This document shows, piece after piece, positions 8,557 to 12,139 of a DNA stretch of 12,139 bases (its first letter is position 1; the number at the start of each line of letters is the position of its first letter). The stretch lies in UHGV virus genome UHGV-0805720; one strand, written 5' to 3'. The stretch comes from a virus. The notes beneath the pieces were generated by a model. It saw nothing but the letters and a program-made list of their open reading frames with translations. It did not search any database and had not been told where the DNA came from. A program made the position numbers and the translations under genes.

Positions 8557-8823
8557 TTAAGCTTTTTGCTCTTCGCTTTTAACGTGGTCAGGGTGCTGGC
8601 AACCCCACCGGAGCGAGATGAATTTGCTAATAAGCTGGGGACAGGCTACCGATGGTGCGTATATCCACGCATACCATTCAGGAAGTGTATCATTGTACCC
8701 CATGTGAATAAACACCCCAGTCATCACTGCCATGCCGATGTTCGACCATAGCTTAGATTGGGACACTTTTGTAGGGTCATCAGATGCCGCAACCAGTCCC
8801 CATAAAAACTGAGTCAGTTTCAT
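8557..8823 (-). CDS. small membrane protein (88 aa), holin-like architecture; function unknown
   Basis: ATG 8823 preceded by AAGAGGG SD that overlaps the stop of the tail-fiber remnant. Two to three hydrophobic segments and a charged C-terminus (KSEEQKA). Stop overlaps the SD of the 581-aa gene. Confidence 0.6.
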   Translation of the reverse strand: MKLTQFLWGLVAASDDPTKVSQSKLWSNIGMAVMTGVFIHMGYNDTLPEWYAWIYAPSVACPQLISKFISLRWGCQHPDHVKSEEQKA

Positions 8824-8849
8824 TTACCCTCTTTTTAAGCATAAGATAT

Positions 8850-8879
8850 AGTGATCCATTGACCGTTTACAAGTTTTTG
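8850..8879 (-). repeat. conserved 30-bp 3' tail-fiber junction, copy 1 (29/30 identical to 10906..10935)
   Basis: Minus-strand CAAAAACTTGTAAACGGTCAATGGATCACT encoding QKLVNGQWIT; the flanking about 15 bp on each side are also partly similar, while the rest of the two genes is diverged at the nucleotide level. Confidence 0.7.
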
Positions 8880-9001
8880 GATAGCACCTGTCCAATAGTC
8901 GCCTTGATATGGGTGTTTGTAAGCGTAGTTACCAGAACACATTACATGCCCTACGTAAACTCTTGATTCTCTGTAGGTGGTTCTGAAGCGGTTTGCTATT
9001 C

Positions 9002-9760
9002 TTACATCGTCAATCCCCTGCTGGGCATAGGAATGGTAAGATTGCCGCTGCTGTCTGCACTATTACCGTTAACCCTACGAACCACATTTCTACCACCGAC
9101 TATTGAATGCTGCCCCCGCACAGTTCCATCATTACAATCCAATCTTCCACCAACTTGGGCATTACCGCAAGATTGTTGTCCATTGACGGTAGCTCTTGGT
9201 ATCGTGACAGCATTAGCATTTGCAGAGGAACTTTTTGCGTCGTTGCATTCAAGATTCCCCTGGATAGCCAGTCTTGCACGATTGGCAGTTATAGCATTGA
9301 GCTTCATGGCAGAAAACACAGGCTGTCCACCAGAAGGTTGGAATCTCCAACGGAACCCGTCTATTTGATTAGAAGAGTCATCAAGATCTGCACCGTCTGC
9401 ACCACCAATATTGTCCATAATCCAGAAATCCATCAGCGTCTTGTCTGGAGTTATAGTGGTATATATTGCCGCACTATCTGTGGACGCAGATGCGAACTGT
9501 ATTCTTTGAAGACCTAGAGTTTGAGTCTGAGTCATTGTGTCCCCAGATTTGTCAACATACAGGTCGTCCATTTCTTCAGGGGAGTATACATTGAGAACTT
9601 GGCGTGCAGCAGCTTTGTCTGGAACGTCTGCTAGATTATTGGTAACCCTTAAAAATCTATTATCCCATCCTGGGACAACATCTTCTGTTAAATGTCTTAA
9701 CCACGCAGAAAGCATGTGAAGTTCAAAGTTAACAACTTCACATGCCACTCTTTGTGTCAT
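9002..9760 (-). CDS. tail fiber protein, central fragment (longest intact ORF of the frameshifted paralog)
   Basis: 252-aa ORF with clear homology to residues about 60-285 of the 346-aa tail fiber. Its ATG overlaps the stop of the 39-aa N-terminal piece (ATGA) and it has no SD of its own, so it is unlikely to be an independent gene. Confidence 0.5.
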   Translation of the reverse strand: MTQRVACEVVNFELHMLSAWLRHLTEDVVPGWDNRFLRVTNNLADVPDKAAARQVLNVYSPEEMDDLYVDKSGDTMTQTQTLGLQRIQFASASTDSAAIYTTITPDKTLMDFWIMDNIGGADGADLDDSSNQIDGFRWRFQPSGGQPVFSAMKLNAITANRARLAIQGNLECNDAKSSSANANAVTIPRATVNGQQSCGNAQVGGRLDCNDGTVRGQHSIVGGRNVVRRVNGNSADSSGNLTIPMPSRGLTM

Positions 9761-9906
9761 ATCCCAACCTTCAGTCTCTCTTCTTTTTTTGGTTGAGACT
9801 TATTCAACTCTCCTGTATTTTCAAGCACAACATCCTGATTGGCCCAAATATCAAGAGGGATAACTGGTTTAGCCATCACGTTCTCCTGAGAAAATTCCTT
9901 AGGACT

Positions 9907-9935
9907 ATTTTAACACTTTAGAGAACAAAATGCAA
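9907..9935 (-). promoter_or_regulatory. candidate sigma70-like promoter upstream of the second tail fiber gene
   Basis: On the minus strand: TTGCAT (9935..9930), 17-nt spacer, TAAAAT (9912..9907); lies between the stop of the 104-aa gene and the SD AGGAGA of the tail fiber N-terminal ORF. A weak hairpin (ACGGA..TCCGT) precedes it. Confidence 0.3.
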
Positions 9936-9965
9936 GAACGGAGTCCTTTCCGTCCTGACCTTTGT

Positions 9966-10280
9966 TTACCTTTTACTATGCTCTACGAGCATGTGCAAAA
10001 TCTTTTGCACGTCAGCTCGGATACCGGAGACATCTGTTCTGACATCTTGCTTAAGGTCGTTAATATCGGCCTCTAGCTTACTTAACCGGGTCTCGATAAT
10101 GGAATCAAGTCTATCTTTTGTAACCATGCTATTTTTCACTAAGATGAGGTCTTTCTCCAGCTCATCCAACCTCTTGGAAATACCTTTCCATTTGGTGTGC
10201 CACTGGTTGAAAGCCCATACACAGATCGGGACAACGGTACCCATGCAGATACCGTACAACGCCGCCAAATCCAACTCCAC
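9966..10280 (-). CDS. small membrane-anchored coiled-coil protein (104 aa), GTG start; function unknown (i-spanin-like topology)
   Basis: GTG 10280 with strong SD GAGGAGG 4 nt upstream, placed 9 nt after the Tfa stop (translational coupling). N-terminal hydrophobic helix 'LAALYGICMGTVVPICVWAF' followed by a heptad-rich, charged C-terminal region. Confidence 0.65.
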   Translation of the reverse strand: MELDLAALYGICMGTVVPICVWAFNQWHTKWKGISKRLDELEKDLILVKNSMVTKDRLDSIIETRLSKLEADINDLKQDVRTDVSGIRADVQKILHMLVEHSKR

Positions 10281-10291
10281 AACACCTCCTC

Positions 10292-10876
10292 TTAGAGGGT
10301 AGGTCGTTCCGGGAAGAAAATGTCAGGGGCTTTAGATGTATCTATTTCAAGAAGTTTTACCCTGTACATTTTCAAATCTCTGATGTTGCGTTTTTGGTCA
10401 TCAGTAAGATCATATTCAAGGTCAATCATGTCTTGATAGGCACCAATTCTAGCAGTAGCCCAAGCAAGTTCTGTCTCTATGACACCCTCTGCCTGTTGAA
10501 CAAAGAATTCATTATCTGTGACAAATTCATCACCAACTAAACGCAAAGCGTCGTGGTGGAGCATAATGTTTTCTGGTACCTCTTCTTTTTTGGCGATAAC
10601 CACACGAAGACCTGGAGCAGGCCATAAGGCATCAGGCTCTTCTGTAGATGTCTTAAGAATACCCTTCTCGTCAACAAGTAGGAATATACAACCAGGGTTT
10701 TCTTGTCGTAATGTTCTGGACTGCACATACCAATCGCCGTCATCATTACGTAAAAAATACCCTGTGTATGCAGTATAATCCTCAACCTCTTGAGGGGTTA
10801 ACTCTTTGGTTTCCTCATTGGCAGAGTATTCGCCAGACCCTGGCTGGTAAAGTTTAAACTCTTGAAGTATTTTCAT
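10292..10876 (-). CDS. tfa: tail fiber assembly chaperone (Tfa / Caudo_TAP family)
   Basis: 194 aa; ATG 10876 with GGAGGA SD, directly downstream of the tail fiber gene. C-terminal motif '...LKMYRVKLLEIDTSKAPDIFFPERP' matches the conserved Tfa ending (..W.KYR..L..VD.S.APDI.WP..P) as recalled for lambda Tfa / P2 G / Mu U. Confidence 0.85.
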   Translation of the reverse strand: MKILQEFKLYQPGSGEYSANEETKELTPQEVEDYTAYTGYFLRNDDGDWYVQSRTLRQENPGCIFLLVDEKGILKTSTEEPDALWPAPGLRVVIAKKEEVPENIMLHHDALRLVGDEFVTDNEFFVQQAEGVIETELAWATARIGAYQDMIDLEYDLTDDQKRNIRDLKMYRVKLLEIDTSKAPDIFFPERPTL

Positions 10877-10890
10877 GCTAGTCCTCCGAT

Positions 10891-11931
10891 CTATGCATAA
10901 TTAACAGTGATCCACTGACCGTTTACAAGTTTTTGTAAAGGTCCTGCCCAGTAAGTTGAACCACGCATTTCTTTTTTATCACCAAAATGCCAGCCTGTGA
11001 CAACGTAGCCATTGCGGACTGGAGATTCAGAAACACCGTCAACAAGTCTTGCACCAATTCTAATGTCTTGCACACCTGTTTGCGGAATAGTGATCGTTAC
11101 ATCGCCGTTACCGTTGGCGGTTACACCGTTCACAGAGCGGACCACATTTCGGTTACCAACAACACAGTGCTGACTTCTCACAACCAGACTATCACAACTG
11201 GTGCCGCCATTGACATACAGTGACCCTGTAGTTAACTGGCTTCCCACATTGCAGTTGGTGAATGTTGCTGTGCTAGTAATGGTAAGGTTGTTGCACCTCA
11301 TGTTGTCTACAATTTCAACATTACCTATCACTTTTAGCAGTGCACGGTTAGCTGTGATGGCATTCAGGTACATCAAAGTAAACTCAGGGTTAATGTCCGG
11401 CTGAGTTGGTTGAAATCTCCAGCGGAATGCGTCTACTGTAGATGTTCCACCATCATCGAACGACCCTGTATTGTCACTCAATCCAAAATCAAGAGTTGTC
11501 TTGTCTGGACCGATGGTTGTCTCTATCCAAGCCTTATCCGTCTCGGCAGCTTTAAAGTTGATACGTTGCAGACCTAAAGGGCCTGTCATTGTATCCCCTG
11601 TAACTTTTACATACCTGGCATCTGCCTCTTCCTTAGTAATAATCCCAAGGTTTTTACGGGCAACAGGAATGTTCAAAAGATCGCTCAAGTTATTATCCCG
11701 TACCAGATAACGACCTTCTTGAGCGGGGATCTGCTCGTCAGCAATGTATTTTGCCCAAGTTCCGAGCATATTAAAAATATAGTTAAGCTCTTCACATGAT
11801 GGCTTTTGACCAAGATCCCAACCTTTTCTCCACAAATCATCAATCGGGCGCAGCCTGTTCTGTCTGTGGGTGTTAGGCAGAACCTGATCCTCCTCTGCCC
11901 AAATCTCTAATGGAAAACTAGGTTTTGACAT
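10891..11931 (-). CDS. tail fiber protein (346 aa), Tfa-dependent side-fiber type
   Basis: ATG 11931 with AGGAG SD. Its C-terminus 'GWHFGDKKEMRGSTYWAGPLQKLVNGQWITVNYA' resembles the conserved C-terminal end of P2 gpH / Mu S / lambda Stf-type fibers (from memory). Followed immediately by a Tfa chaperone gene. Paralogous to the 8835..9876 locus. Confidence 0.85.
   Translation of the reverse strand: MSKPSFPLEIWAEEDQVLPNTHRQNRLRPIDDLWRKGWDLGQKPSCEELNYIFNMLGTWAKYIADEQIPAQEGRYLVRDNNLSDLLNIPVARKNLGIITKEEADARYVKVTGDTMTGPLGLQRINFKAAETDKAWIETTIGPDKTTLDFGLSDNTGSFDDGGTSTVDAFRWRFQPTQPDINPEFTLMYLNAITANRALLKVIGNVEIVDNMRCNNLTITSTATFTNCNVGSQLTTGSLYVNGGTSCDSLVVRSQHCVVGNRNVVRSVNGVTANGNGDVTITIPQTGVQDIRIGARLVDGVSESPVRNGYVVTGWHFGDKKEMRGSTYWAGPLQKLVNGQWITVNYA
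10906..10935 (-). repeat. conserved 30-bp 3' tail-fiber junction, copy 2 (direct repeat of 8850..8879)
   Basis: Minus-strand CAAAAACTTGTAAACGGTCAGTGGATCACT encoding QKLVNGQWIT at the 3' end of the intact tail fiber gene, just upstream of the tfa SD. Confidence 0.7.
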
Positions 11932-11943
11932 TTTATCTCCTGA

Positions 11944-12139
11944 TTATGAGAAGTCTGGCGGAACAACATCTTCTACATACCCTTTCAGAGCAACCTGCCC
12001 CATATGAAGCACAGTAGACTCCCTGGCAGTAACAGTAATGCTATCAGACATCACTTGCGGGTATGCCCACACATACTGTTTTACCTCCGGGTATCTATAC
12101 TCTATAGTTGCCATGTTTCCGCAAATACATCTCCATAAA
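11944..12139 (-). CDS. hypothetical protein, 3' portion (gene probably starts beyond window end); possibly a baseplate/tail component
   Basis: Minus-strand frame is open from the window edge to stop TAA 11946..11944. In-frame ATGs at 12114 and 12130 lack an SD. Stop lies 12 nt before the tail fiber ATG. Functional guess is from position only. Confidence 0.45.
   Translation of the reverse strand, partial: LWRCICGNMATIEYRYPEVKQYVWAYPQVMSDSITVTARESTVLHMGQVALKGYVEDVVPPDFS

Larger units (their letters stand above)
8835..9876 (-). pseudogene. second tail fiber gene (paralog of 10891..11931) disrupted by two -1 frame changes; three ORF pieces of 39 aa, 252 aa and about 74 aa
   Basis: Piece 1 (9876..9757) 'MAKPVIPLDIWANQDVVLENTG...' matches the paralog N-terminus 'MSKPSFPLEIWAEEDQVLPNTH...'. 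Piece 2 (9760..9002) matches the paralog middle (GDTMT..LGLQRI..F; DGFRWRFQP; LNAITANRA). Piece 3 (9059..8835, no start codon) ends '...YWTGAIQKLVNGQWITISYA*' against paralog '...YWAGPLQKLVNGQWITVNYA*'. Fusing across an A7 run (9784-9790) and near 9026-9029 gives a protein colinear with the paralog. Confidence 0.65.

Noticed and set aside
9033-9719. Plus-strand ORFs inside the fiber-2 locus (9033..9368, 9107..9517, 9537..9719)
   Set aside because: Antisense to sequence that has clear protein-level homology to the intact tail fiber on the minus strand.
8835-9876. Programmed ribosomal frameshifting as the main explanation for the split fiber-2 gene
   Set aside because: Only the first break sits on a slippery homopolymer; the second (around CCTATGCCC) has no slippery heptamer, and the paralog lacks both features. 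Mutation or assembly indels are more parsimonious, though slippage at the A7 run is kept as a lower-probability finding.
9991-10302. 103-aa plus-strand ORF mirroring the 104-aa minus-strand gene
   Set aside because: Ser-rich low-complexity translation with no SD; the minus-strand gene has a strong SD and coupled context.
8838-10936. Invertible host-range switch of the Mu G-segment / P1 C-segment type
   Set aside because: The shared fiber 3' sequences are direct, not inverted, repeats; both fiber genes are on the same strand; no invertase gene is in the window.
1-12139. Diversity-generating retroelement targeting the fiber C-terminus
   Set aside because: No reverse transcriptase ORF and no template/variable repeat pair with adenine-specific differences were found; the fiber C-termini differ at many non-A positions.
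1-12139. CRISPR arrays, tRNA/rRNA genes, integrase or att sites
   Set aside because: No regularly spaced short repeats, no cloverleaf-compatible segments noticed in intergenic regions (which are very short), and no recombinase-like ORF.

Overview
This window looks like the host-range (tail fiber / receptor-binding) module of a tailed phage or prophage, probably a myovirus or P2/Mu/lambda-like mosaic in a Gram-negative host with E. coli-like promoter and Shine-Dalgarno signals. All calls rest on reading the sequence and recalled family motifs; no database search was run. Nt 1-1105 hold a plus-strand cassette: a probably 5'-truncated ORF, then a near-consensus sigma70 promoter driving two small genes (135 aa unknown; 66 aa Cys-rich zinc-ribbon-like), closed by a bidirectional intrinsic terminator. 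Nt 1115-12139 are one dense minus-strand block, in transcription order: a partial upstream gene; an intact tail fiber gene (346 aa) with its Tfa-type assembly chaperone (194 aa); a GTG-initiated membrane-anchored coiled-coil protein (104 aa); a second tail fiber paralog broken into three reading frames; a small holin-like membrane protein (88 aa); a 581-aa repeat-rich tailspike/fiber-like protein; an intrinsic terminator; then three large proteins of 1063, about 505-546, and 321 aa (the last with a bacterial Ig-like domain). The most interesting signals are the duplicated tail-fiber module with a decaying or frameshifted second copy, a near-identical 30-bp 3' junction shared by both copies, small membrane proteins sitting where chaperones are expected, and the uncharacterised 1063/546-aa pair with overlapping frames. 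No tRNA, rRNA, CRISPR array, integrase or reverse transcriptase was seen.
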